Source of the DNA: Ignicoccus pacificus DSM 13166
GTDB lineage: Archaea; Thermoproteota; Thermoprotei_A; Sulfolobales; Ignicoccaceae
Length of the DNA stretch: 32,000 bases
NCBI GenBank assembly: GCA_025340205.1
Contig: CP006868.1
Location: 90,001-122,000 of the forward strand
Direction: 5' to 3'
This document shows, in pieces, positions 25,181 to 32,000 of this stretch. Within the stretch, counting starts at the first letter, position 1. Each line of letters starts with the position of its first letter. The notes under the pieces are model-generated. The model was not told the origin of the DNA and ran no database searches. It worked only from the letters and a program-made list of their open reading frames with translations. A program made the translations under genes and the position numbers.

Positions 25181-26089
25181 TCACATGAAGTTTAGGCTTA
25201 CTATCTTTTCGTCACCGTCCACCACGAGAACGGATGCTCTCGAATTATAGTAAGGAGGTCCGGATCTGGTGAACAGCGTTATGACGCTTTTGTTGTGAAT
25301 TATAGCATGTCCCTCCACGCTTGTGTGTCCCCTAACGATCTTCCTCATTCCTACTCTTTCTAGGAACTCCCGAGTGGCGCCGGCGCCCCAGATGCGACCG
25401 ACCCCTCTATAGTAATTCTCTTTAATGCATTCTTCCAAGGAATCGTTCCACGAGCAAATAGCTTGCCCCAGTAGCTCATCAGGATCGCTCCAGAGGACAT
25501 CCTCGAGCACCCCTAAGCTCTTCTCCATTAGACACGGTCTGCCTTTGCACTTGTGAAGGATGCTGAAAGGAGGGCCTCCGTGAAGACCTATATAGTCACG
25601 ATACAATGCGTAGAGCGGCATCTTTGAGAACAAGTCTAAGGAGATCTTGTAAAGAGTAGTTCCTAGTTCGGAACCACACCTCCATTTAAGTTGCTCTGGA
25701 TAGTCGTGGGGGTAAACCGAAAGTCTTGGATCCAATTCATGGTTACCTCTAAGCACCACTACCTCTTCGGGCCTCTGAGCCTTTAACGCCCCTACTAAGA
25801 GCAATGCTTCAATCTGGTTGGGACCTCTATCTATGTAATCTCCTAGGAAGACTAGTTGGTATCTATCTCTATCTCCAAGCCTACTCCATAATCTAAAAAC
25901 GGTCTCCACGTCTCCATGAAGATCTCCGTGGAATATGACCGGCTTATCCGGGCTGAGCTCCTCTAAGTTGGAACCTGTGAACAATCCCTTCATCTGTTCT
26001 AGGAGTTCCGCTAGTTCATCACAAGTTAACGAGGTCAATGTAGTAGAGAAGGCATCTAAGGAGTTAGTTGGGATTTCATCTATCTTCAA
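25181..26089 (-). CDS. PPP-family serine/threonine protein phosphatase (calcineurin-like)
   Basis: VIFHGDLHGDVETVFRLWSRLG, LVFLGDYIDRGPNQIEALLLVGALKAQRPEEVVVLRGNHEL, IVRGHTSVEGHAIIHNKSVITLFTR: canonical PPP motifs. Confidence 0.92.
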   Translation of the reverse strand: MKIDEIPTNSLDAFSTTLTSLTCDELAELLEQMKGLFTGSNLEELSPDKPVIFHGDLHGDVETVFRLWSRLGDRDRYQLVFLGDYIDRGPNQIEALLLVGALKAQRPEEVVVLRGNHELDPRLSVYPHDYPEQLKWRCGSELGTTLYKISLDLFSKMPLYALYRDYIGLHGGPPFSILHKCKGRPCLMEKSLGVLEDVLWSDPDELLGQAICSWNDSLEECIKENYYRGVGRIWGAGATREFLERVGMRKIVRGHTSVEGHAIIHNKSVITLFTRSGPPYYNSRASVLVVDGDEKIVSLNFM

Positions 26090-26669
26090 CTTTAGGTCTT
26101 ACCTCCTTCACTTTTTCGAAGCTTATCTTACCTAACTCAGTGTTCGCGTTGCCTTCTATATCTATGTTCTTGATCTTGGTCACCAAGGCCCCACTATCGA
26201 GTACAAGCTCTACGTTGCCTTTGTAGAGCAATATGTTGGCCGTCCTGACGAGCTCGCTTAACCTCCTCTTTCTAAGAGCATGTCTTGTACGGTAGACTAT
26301 CGCTTCAGCTATCGCTTCATCTAACGAGCCTCTCACCCTTAATGGAGGACCTTCTATGCTAGCTATTACCTCATTCCCTTTGACTACCTTGTTGGGCCAT
26401 AGGAAGTTAACGTCTTCACCATAGAGAAATCTCAAGACCTTAGTCGCTTGTACGGATGCCGTTAACACGTCGTGATAACTCCTTACGGGAACAGGGGGGT
26501 TGGAGATGGGATTTACTACGTATCTGTCTCCTTTTCTCATTAAAGGTATACCCAGCTTCTTCAGAATTATAATTGTGGATCGAAGATCGCTCGTACCTAT
26601 GTTAAGTTCCTTTCTGATGTCGCTAACTCTCATTCCGCTCTTTAGCATCTCGTAGACTTTACCCCTCAT
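26076..26669 (-). CDS. HTH-type predicted DNA-binding protein (real start inferred at ATG 26669; ORF track extends it to 27095)
   Basis: MRGKVYEMLKSGMRVSDIRKELNIGTSDLRSTIIILKKLGIPLMRKGDRYVV resembles a winged/HTH motif. The N-terminal extension is antisense to the ATPase subunit gene and Ser-rich, so rejected. Confidence 0.6.
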   Translation of the reverse strand: MRGKVYEMLKSGMRVSDIRKELNIGTSDLRSTIIILKKLGIPLMRKGDRYVVNPISNPPVPVRSYHDVLTASVQATKVLRFLYGEDVNFLWPNKVVKGNEVIASIEGPPLRVRGSLDEAIAEAIVYRTRHALRKRRLSELVRTANILLYKGNVELVLDSGALVTKIKNIDIEGNANTELGKISFEKVKEVRPKVEDR

Positions 26670-26757
26670 GATCGCTTCCGTAGGTATGGGGGTAAAACTG
26701 AGATTAATTTGTGGGAGGCACTGATCAACCGACTTTAACCTCCTTCTGTGGTATGAA

Positions 26758-27117
26758 TTGGGTGGCGTTTGCATGACCAAAGTAAACGTTAAGGACATCG
26801 ATGAGACCTTTAACAACTTCCTAATGGAGCTTGAGGGCGCTGAAAAGGGCACCAAGCAAGTGTTAGAGGAAGTCGAGGAGGAAGCTGGAAGGTTGATCTC
26901 CGAGGCCGCTGCTGATGCCAAGAGCTTAGAGAGAGTAGCCGAGGAGGCAGTCGAGGAGGCGAAGAGAACCGTAGAGGAAAGGGTGAAGCTAATAGTAGAG
27001 GACTTAAGGGAGCAGTATACCAAGAAGATAAACGAGGAGGTCGAGGAGTATAGATCTAAGTTCGAGGAAAACTTCGAGAAGGCAGTAAACGTCATCCTTC
27101 AGAAGCTATTAGGGTGA
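26758..27117 (+). CDS. A/V-type ATP synthase peripheral stalk-like subunit (H/G-like coiled coil)
   Basis: 119 aa coiled-coil with Glu/Lys heptads, directly upstream of an A/V-ATPase subunit C gene. Confidence 0.55.
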   Translation: MGGVCMTKVNVKDIDETFNNFLMELEGAEKGTKQVLEEVEEEAGRLISEAAADAKSLERVAEEAVEEAKRTVEERVKLIVEDLREQYTKKINEEVEEYRSKFEENFEKAVNVILQKLLG

Positions 27118-27124
27118 AGGACCC

Positions 27125-28150
27125 TTGCCAGCCGAGTTAGTTGGTATAGCGCCGGTGGTTTACTATTATCGTGGAAAGTCATTAGATAGGGAGAAGCTAC
27201 TCTCCTTCCTCACTGCTGAGACCCCTGAGGAAATGAGGAACGCTCTCAAGGGTACATGGCTCGAGAACCTCCCAGTTGAGTCCATGAAGCCTGAGGAAAT
27301 AGAGAAGGAAGCCTATAGGGCCTACCTTGCTATCTTGAATAAGCTTAGAGGATACGTTGCCTCTACCAATCTCAAAGAGATGATAGAGGTCCTTAAGGAC
27401 AGCATAAGAGCTAGAGATGTCTTGACTTTAATAAGGGCCAGGATAGCTGATAGGGATATAAACGAGATAAAGGACTTCCTAGTGTTCCCCAATGACCCTT
27501 TAATTGAAACCTTGATGTTAATACTGAAGGATAGAAGCTTGGAGGGATTGAGTCAAGGACTCAAGGGCTTCAGAATGGCTAAGGATATCGAACAAGCTCT
27601 GGAACTCTATAGGAGTACTCACGATGAAACTGTATTCACCCTAGCGTTAGACGTTGCTATGCTAAAGGCCGTCATGAGGTTATATACCAGAGCTGGAAAG
27701 GCGATAAACGTAGGAACGGATAGGATAGAGTGTATGAAGCTCTTGTGTCCTAGGATAGACACCCTAGCCTACGTGATAGCTGCCAGATTGGTACTAAAAG
27801 GTAAGAGTGCGCCGATAGAAATTCCGGCTTGTAACGAAGATGTGGTTAGGCAGATATTACAAGCCAGACCCGAGGACATAGTTCCCATACTCAGGAGGAC
27901 TGAGTATGGTAAGGACTTGCCCGATAACGTGTATGATGCCTTAAGTAAGCTCCTAGTGATAGGTAGGAGGTTCCAGAGGAGGAGGGTTGAGGCAGCCTTC
28001 GCCGGATATCCCTTCAGAATGGCAACTCTCCTCGCGTTAATGCTACTCTACAGGTTGGATGCTGAAGATGTGAGCACTGTGGTGGCAGGAAAGGCGGCTG
28101 GATTGGACATAAGCAAGATAAGTGAGATGTTATCATACGAATACGTCTGA
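27125..28150 (+). CDS. A/V-type ATP synthase subunit C (AtpC-like)
   Basis: 341 aa, helical; EIEKEAYRAYLAILNKLRGYV...NLKEMIEVLKDSIRARDVLTLIRARIADRDINEIKDFLV...YPFRMATLLALMLLYRLDAEDVSTVVAGKAAGLD typical of V-ATPase C/d fold. Confidence 0.78.
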   Translation: MPAELVGIAPVVYYYRGKSLDREKLLSFLTAETPEEMRNALKGTWLENLPVESMKPEEIEKEAYRAYLAILNKLRGYVASTNLKEMIEVLKDSIRARDVLTLIRARIADRDINEIKDFLVFPNDPLIETLMLILKDRSLEGLSQGLKGFRMAKDIEQALELYRSTHDETVFTLALDVAMLKAVMRLYTRAGKAINVGTDRIECMKLLCPRIDTLAYVIAARLVLKGKSAPIEIPACNEDVVRQILQARPEDIVPILRRTEYGKDLPDNVYDALSKLLVIGRRFQRRRVEAAFAGYPFRMATLLALMLLYRLDAEDVSTVVAGKAAGLDISKISEMLSYEYV

Positions 28151-28169
28151 TAGTTTTTGTTAAAAATAA

Positions 28170-28580
28170 TTAGGCGGGGGAACTCATCCTATCCATATAC
28201 GCGGCTATGACCTTTCCATCCCTCATATCGACGATTACTGCGAAGCCCGGTAAATCGGCGAGCTTCTCGGCAATGGATTCTAGAGTAGAGATGTTGGCCT
28301 TGGTAGCCTCTATCTCTTTTTCTAGTCTCTTTAGGAGATCGTAGACCTTAAGCGGGTTTGGTTTGATGTAGAGAGGTACCCCCTCCAGCTCTATTTTTAG
28401 GGTAGCTTCCTTCTCATCAATAGTAGCCCCCATCTTCTTCAATACCTCTAGTTCAGCTACCTCTTCCTCGTATTTTCTCATTAACCTCTTAACTAATCTC
28501 TCCTTCTCTTCTAACTCCTTCTTCAAGTTTTCAATATATTCCTTCATTTTTTCGGAGCTATCAAAGACCATTATGGTCAT
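28170..28580 (-). CDS. Coiled-coil protein, prefoldin-like in its coil-strand-coil layout (tentative)
   Basis: 136 aa; two coiled coils separated by a beta-like segment (TLKIELEGVPLYIKPNP). Confidence 0.55.
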   Translation of the reverse strand: MTIMVFDSSEKMKEYIENLKKELEEKERLVKRLMRKYEEEVAELEVLKKMGATIDEKEATLKIELEGVPLYIKPNPLKVYDLLKRLEKEIEATKANISTLESIAEKLADLPGFAVIVDMRDGKVIAAYMDRMSSPA

Positions 28581-28589
28581 TCAATCCAC

Positions 28590-29552
28590 CTATTTTGAAC
28601 CCTCTTGGAGGACTATTAAGGTTAGAGTATCAAGGACGTAGTCTCTTCCTCTTATCTGCTTGGTGACTAGCTCAGTTATTCCCTCGGTCGACTCGGTTAA
28701 GGCTGTTATGACCAAATCGAAGGGACCGGTTGTTAGCTCTACTGATACGACCCTTGGGAGCTCTGAGAGCTCTTGTATCGCTACGCTCTCGTATCCGGGC
28801 TTTACCTTAACCATTATGTATCCCTTCAGAGTGCTCTCTGCCATCTCGGCCGCTCTTACGGCTATATCTCTTGTGAACGCGTAACTTCTCATTCCTACCC
28901 TCACGAACCTCACTTCGTTGAGTGCCATTGTTTCAGAAGCGAACTTCAAAGGGGTTTCGGGAGGAAGTACTATGTATCTCTCGGCGACCTCGGAGGGTCT
29001 CTTGCCTTCGAGGTAAGCCTTGAGAACGCTTCTCTCTGAAATGAGAGTAGAGCTATTTATGAGGGCTCCGTCAGACTTCGCCTCTACCAAGACCTTGGCG
29101 CTCTCCACAATATCATCTTTGGTATAGGGAAGCTCCTTAGCCGCTTCCTCGATTCTCCCACTTAAGACGTGGAGTATCTTCGGTATAGCCTTGTAAACGA
29201 CGTCGGTCGAGCTAATTACACCTATAACCTTAGAATCGTCGAGTACTGGTAGCCTCCTTATCCTGTAAGCTCCAAAGAGCTGGAGAACCATCTTTAGCGG
29301 TACGTCCTTGTTTACTACGACCACAGTTCTCCTCATTACGTCGGAAACCTTGGTCTCCTCAAGCTTCTTACCGGAAGCTATGAGCCTTAGGGCATCCCTC
29401 TCGGTGACTATTCCCTCCAAATGGCCGTGTTCGTCTACTACCACAGCTCCTCCATACTCGTGATCGATAAACCTCTTCACGACGTCTATCATTAGATCAT
29501 CAGGCTTTGCCACGGGAAAATCCCTTCTCATAACCTCGGAGGCTCTAAGCAA
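28590..29552 (-). CDS. Multi-CBS domain protein with C-terminal Lrp/AsnC-type RAM domain (real start near 29552)
   Basis: SEVMRRDFPVAKPDDLMIDVV..GIVTERDALRLI and SDVMRRTVVVVNKDVPLKMVL..VIGVISSTDVV CBS motifs, two further degenerate repeats, then YIMVKVKPGYESVAIQELSELPRVVSVELTTGPFDLVITA (RAM). Confidence 0.82.
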   Translation of the reverse strand: MLRASEVMRRDFPVAKPDDLMIDVVKRFIDHEYGGAVVVDEHGHLEGIVTERDALRLIASGKKLEETKVSDVMRRTVVVVNKDVPLKMVLQLFGAYRIRRLPVLDDSKVIGVISSTDVVYKAIPKILHVLSGRIEEAAKELPYTKDDIVESAKVLVEAKSDGALINSSTLISERSVLKAYLEGKRPSEVAERYIVLPPETPLKFASETMALNEVRFVRVGMRSYAFTRDIAVRAAEMAESTLKGYIMVKVKPGYESVAIQELSELPRVVSVELTTGPFDLVITALTESTEGITELVTKQIRGRDYVLDTLTLIVLQEGSK

Positions 29553-29620
29553 CGTAGCACCGTGATAGAAAGTGAGAAAGCCAATTAAAGTGATCGTCAA
29601 GACGTGTTCGACGAGCAGAG

Positions 29621-30409
29621 ATGTACTTCGTGTACTTCTTGGGTACAGCTGGCTCTGGTAAGAGTACAATGACTAAGGTCTTCGGTGAGTGGCTCGAAGA
29701 CCATGAGATGAGCGCATGTAGGGTAAACTTGGATCCGGCAGTGAAACAACTCCCATACTTCGCTGAGGTTGACGTGAGAAGGTACGTAGACTACAACGAA
29801 CTCCTGGAAAGTGGGCTGGGGCCCAACGGGGCCATGGTAAAATCGGTCGACTTGATATTACAACATGCAACCACGTTGAGGAAAGAGATAGAGGAATGCT
29901 TGAGCAATTACGTACTCGTCGATACTCCGGGTCAGATAGAACTTTTCGCTTACAGGAAGGTAACGTTGGAGTTGTTAAGGGAGCTTAGCGGTGGCGATAA
30001 GAGCGCTATAGTTTACTTGATAGATTCCACGATACTTTCAAAAGAAGAGAATCAGTTAGATCCCTACGCCTTCGCCTCTTTAGCCGTCTTGGGAGCTAGC
30101 CTAAAGATACGTTTCAGATTACCTCAAGTAAACGTAATCAACAAGGTAGACCTATTGAGCATGGAACAAAGGTTCCAGCTCGATGCTTGGTTGGAAGACA
30201 TGAGATCCATAGCCTACAGCGTGGGCGGAGAGGAGGGAACGTTGACAATTAGATTAATTGAGGCAATAGAGGACAGTGGGGGGATCGGCGAAATGCTGGT
30301 GAGCTCAGCGGTTACCGAAGAAGGACTTGATTCGTTATACGCGGCGCTTCAGCGTTCCTTTTATGGTGGTGAGGACTACGCAACAGAGGAGCCATCAGCG
30401 AGGCTGTGA
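29621..30409 (+). CDS. GPN-loop GTPase
   Basis: FLGTAGSGKSTMTKVFGEWL, RVNLDPAVKQLPY, DYNELLESGLGPNGAM (GPN loop), YVLVDTPGQIELFAYR, VNVINKVDLLS. Confidence 0.95.
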   Translation: MYFVYFLGTAGSGKSTMTKVFGEWLEDHEMSACRVNLDPAVKQLPYFAEVDVRRYVDYNELLESGLGPNGAMVKSVDLILQHATTLRKEIEECLSNYVLVDTPGQIELFAYRKVTLELLRELSGGDKSAIVYLIDSTILSKEENQLDPYAFASLAVLGASLKIRFRLPQVNVINKVDLLSMEQRFQLDAWLEDMRSIAYSVGGEEGTLTIRLIEAIEDSGGIGEMLVSSAVTEEGLDSLYAALQRSFYGGEDYATEEPSARL

Positions 30410-30412
30410 AAA

Positions 30413-31306
30413 ATGAGCGAGGTAATGATTAGCTACAAGGAGTTAGAAAAGAAATTGGACGAAATAAATGCAAAAATGAAGGAGTTAAGGAAGAAGAGGA
30501 AGGAACTAGTAGAGAGGGTTAGAAAGCTTAGAGAAGAGAGAAGAGCACTCATTGAAAGGAAGAAGAAGGAAGTGGAGAGAATAAGGGCCCTCAGAGAAGA
30601 GAGAAGGGTGAAGGTCGAGGAGGTAAGGGGGCTAAGGGAAGAGAGGAGGAAGACCAGAGAAGAGCTGAAGAAGACGCTAGAGGAGATAAGGAAGCTCAAG
30701 TCTACCGTCATGAACAGTAAGACGATAAGGTCTCTAGACGCCATAAAGAAAAGGATTCAATACTTGGAATGGAAGCAACAGACGAGTGTTCTAACAAGAG
30801 AGGAGGAAGAGGAGCTGATAAGACAGATAGCTAGGTTGGAAGAGCTATTGGAGAAGGCACTGGAGGTGGAACAAGCTAGAAAGAGGTTGCTCGAACTAAG
30901 GGCAGAGCTCGCCAAGTTGAGGATACTCCTAAACGATTACGATCAAATGATCCGTAAGAAGTCGTCGGAGATAAGTGAAATAGATGAGAGGATAAAGAAC
31001 GTCCAAGAAGTCATAGAAGAACTAAACAATAAGATAGATTCCCTCACTCCAAAGATCCAAGAACTTTCGGATGAGATAAGCAAGATAGATGAGGAGCTAG
31101 CTAGATTAGAGGAAGAGAAACAGAAGACGGCTGAGGAGTTAAAGAGACTCAACGAGCTAATGAAGAACAGCAAGGGTCTAAGACTCTTAGAGGAGCTCAG
31201 GAAGAGGGCACAGGAGAAGATGGCGAGGGGAGAGCCACTCACCTTCGAGGAGTTCAAAGCGTTGATGGGGGAGGGAATTGAGGAGGATCTTGGTGATATC
31301 GGTTGA
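30413..31306 (+). CDS. Conserved archaeal-type coiled-coil protein
   Basis: 297 aa, almost entirely charged heptad repeats, with IKKRIQYLEWKQQTSVLTREEEEELIRQIARLE core. Confidence 0.82.
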   Translation: MSEVMISYKELEKKLDEINAKMKELRKKRKELVERVRKLREERRALIERKKKEVERIRALREERRVKVEEVRGLREERRKTREELKKTLEEIRKLKSTVMNSKTIRSLDAIKKRIQYLEWKQQTSVLTREEEEELIRQIARLEELLEKALEVEQARKRLLELRAELAKLRILLNDYDQMIRKKSSEISEIDERIKNVQEVIEELNNKIDSLTPKIQELSDEISKIDEELARLEEEKQKTAEELKRLNELMKNSKGLRLLEELRKRAQEKMARGEPLTFEEFKALMGEGIEEDLGDIG

Positions 31307-32000
31307 CGTCGATGATGATTTTGGTCGTGTTGGTATAAAGACTCCTATACTCGGTCGTGACAACGTAATTCAAGCCGCCGTGGAGTTCGGGATAAGGAAA
31401 CCGGAGGATTCAGACCTCAACGCTGCTTTCGCGGCAGTTCAGATAGCGGACTCCTTAAAGTCCAAAACAATGGATACCGAGGTAGCCATAGTAACCGGAA
31501 GTCCCAAGGGAGGAGTAGAGGCAGATATGGAAGTCAGGAGACAAGTACAAGAGGTTCTGAAGCAATACCCTGCGGATGGCATAGTAATTGTTACCGATGG
31601 ACCCGAAGACGAGAAGATAATCCCAATAATACAAGACCTAGCACCAATAATTTCTACCCGAAGAGTGATAGTCGAACAATCAAAAAACTTGGAGCAGACA
31701 TATATGCTATTTAGTAAGATGATAAGAAAAGCTATTGAGGAGGAGAGGTTCAGTAAGTATACATTAGGAATTCCCGGTTTAATGATCCTCGTGTTTAGCC
31801 TCTTGAGCTTGAGCGGCCTCGTAGCCTATACTATACCGATACTGAGCACCTTACTCGGACTCTTCATGGTAATAAAGGGGTTCGGTATAGATGAAGCGGT
31901 AAGTAATTGGTGGAAGAGTAACCCCATATCCTTGGCAGCTACCCTCATAAGTGCCACATCCTTCTTGATAGCGCTAGTCCTAGCTTACCTCACCGTGAAC
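31290..32000 (+). CDS. DUF373-like archaeal membrane protein, truncated by the window end
   Basis: TTG (31290) then VISVDVDDDFGRVGIKTPILGRDNVIQAAVEFGIRKPEDSDLNAAFAAVQIADSL...VTGSPKGGVEADMEV, followed by TM helices. Missing from the supplied ORF track because it runs off the end. Confidence 0.85.
   Translation, partial: MVISVDVDDDFGRVGIKTPILGRDNVIQAAVEFGIRKPEDSDLNAAFAAVQIADSLKSKTMDTEVAIVTGSPKGGVEADMEVRRQVQEVLKQYPADGIVIVTDGPEDEKIIPIIQDLAPIISTRRVIVEQSKNLEQTYMLFSKMIRKAIEEERFSKYTLGIPGLMILVFSLLSLSGLVAYTIPILSTLLGLFMVIKGFGIDEAVSNWWKSNPISLAATLISATSFLIALVLAYLTVN

Noticed and set aside
26670-27095. N-terminal 142 aa extension of the minus-strand ORF 26076..27095
   Set aside because: Ser/Thr/Phe-rich reverse complement of the coiled-coil ATPase subunit, typical shadow composition. 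A good internal ATG is followed by the HTH-like sequence.
28660-29039. Plus-strand ORFs 28660-28884 and 28773-29039
   Set aside because: Antisense to the CBS-RAM gene and lacking recognisable features.
30433-31257. Minus-strand Leu/Ser-rich ORFs in the coiled-coil gene
   Set aside because: Direct composition artefact of the reverse complement of Lys/Glu-rich coiled-coil codons.
1-32000. CRISPR arrays, transposons, integrated virus, toxin-antitoxin or restriction systems
   Set aside because: No direct repeat array, transposase, integrase, methyltransferase or nuclease module was recognisable by reading; most genes are housekeeping or conserved archaeal families.

Overview
The window is a compact, gene-dense archaeal chromosomal segment. 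By inference from protein content it is a hyperthermophilic crenarchaeon, Ignicoccus/Desulfurococcales-like; I could not verify taxonomy. Recognisable content: a DsrM/HdrE-like membrane protein plus DsrK/HdrD-like Fe-S protein pair; a HerA-type ATPase convergently overlapping an AK6/Fap7-like kinase; a TIM-barrel AP-endonuclease/isomerase-like protein; dCTP deaminase; CBS protein; V4R-like protein; dihydroorotase; tungstate/molybdate-type ABC permease plus ATPase; MBL-fold hydrolase; a partial spc ribosomal cluster (L6, L32e, L19e, L18, S5, L30); tRNA-Leu(TAG) with encoded CCA; B12/radical SAM protein; a C-ribbon-less TFS/RPB9-like zinc-ribbon protein; MoeA with a C-terminal binding-protein-like domain, coupled to a LolD-like ABC ATPase; PurD; a circularly permuted YlqF-like GTPase; a GT-C-like polytopic membrane protein with an unassigned C-terminal region; a PPP-family phosphatase; an HTH-like protein; an A/V-ATPase H-like plus C pair; a CBS4-RAM fusion; a GPN-loop GTPase; a coiled-coil protein; and a truncated DUF373-like protein. 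I see no CRISPR array, transposon, phage or defence island. I find no convincing complete novel system. The points most worth following up are the unexplained convergent intergenic region at about 22311-22448, a hairpin in the predicted moeA leader, the poorly annotated minus-strand run at 22449-26669, the missing C-ribbon in the TFS-like protein, and several large antisense gene overlaps.
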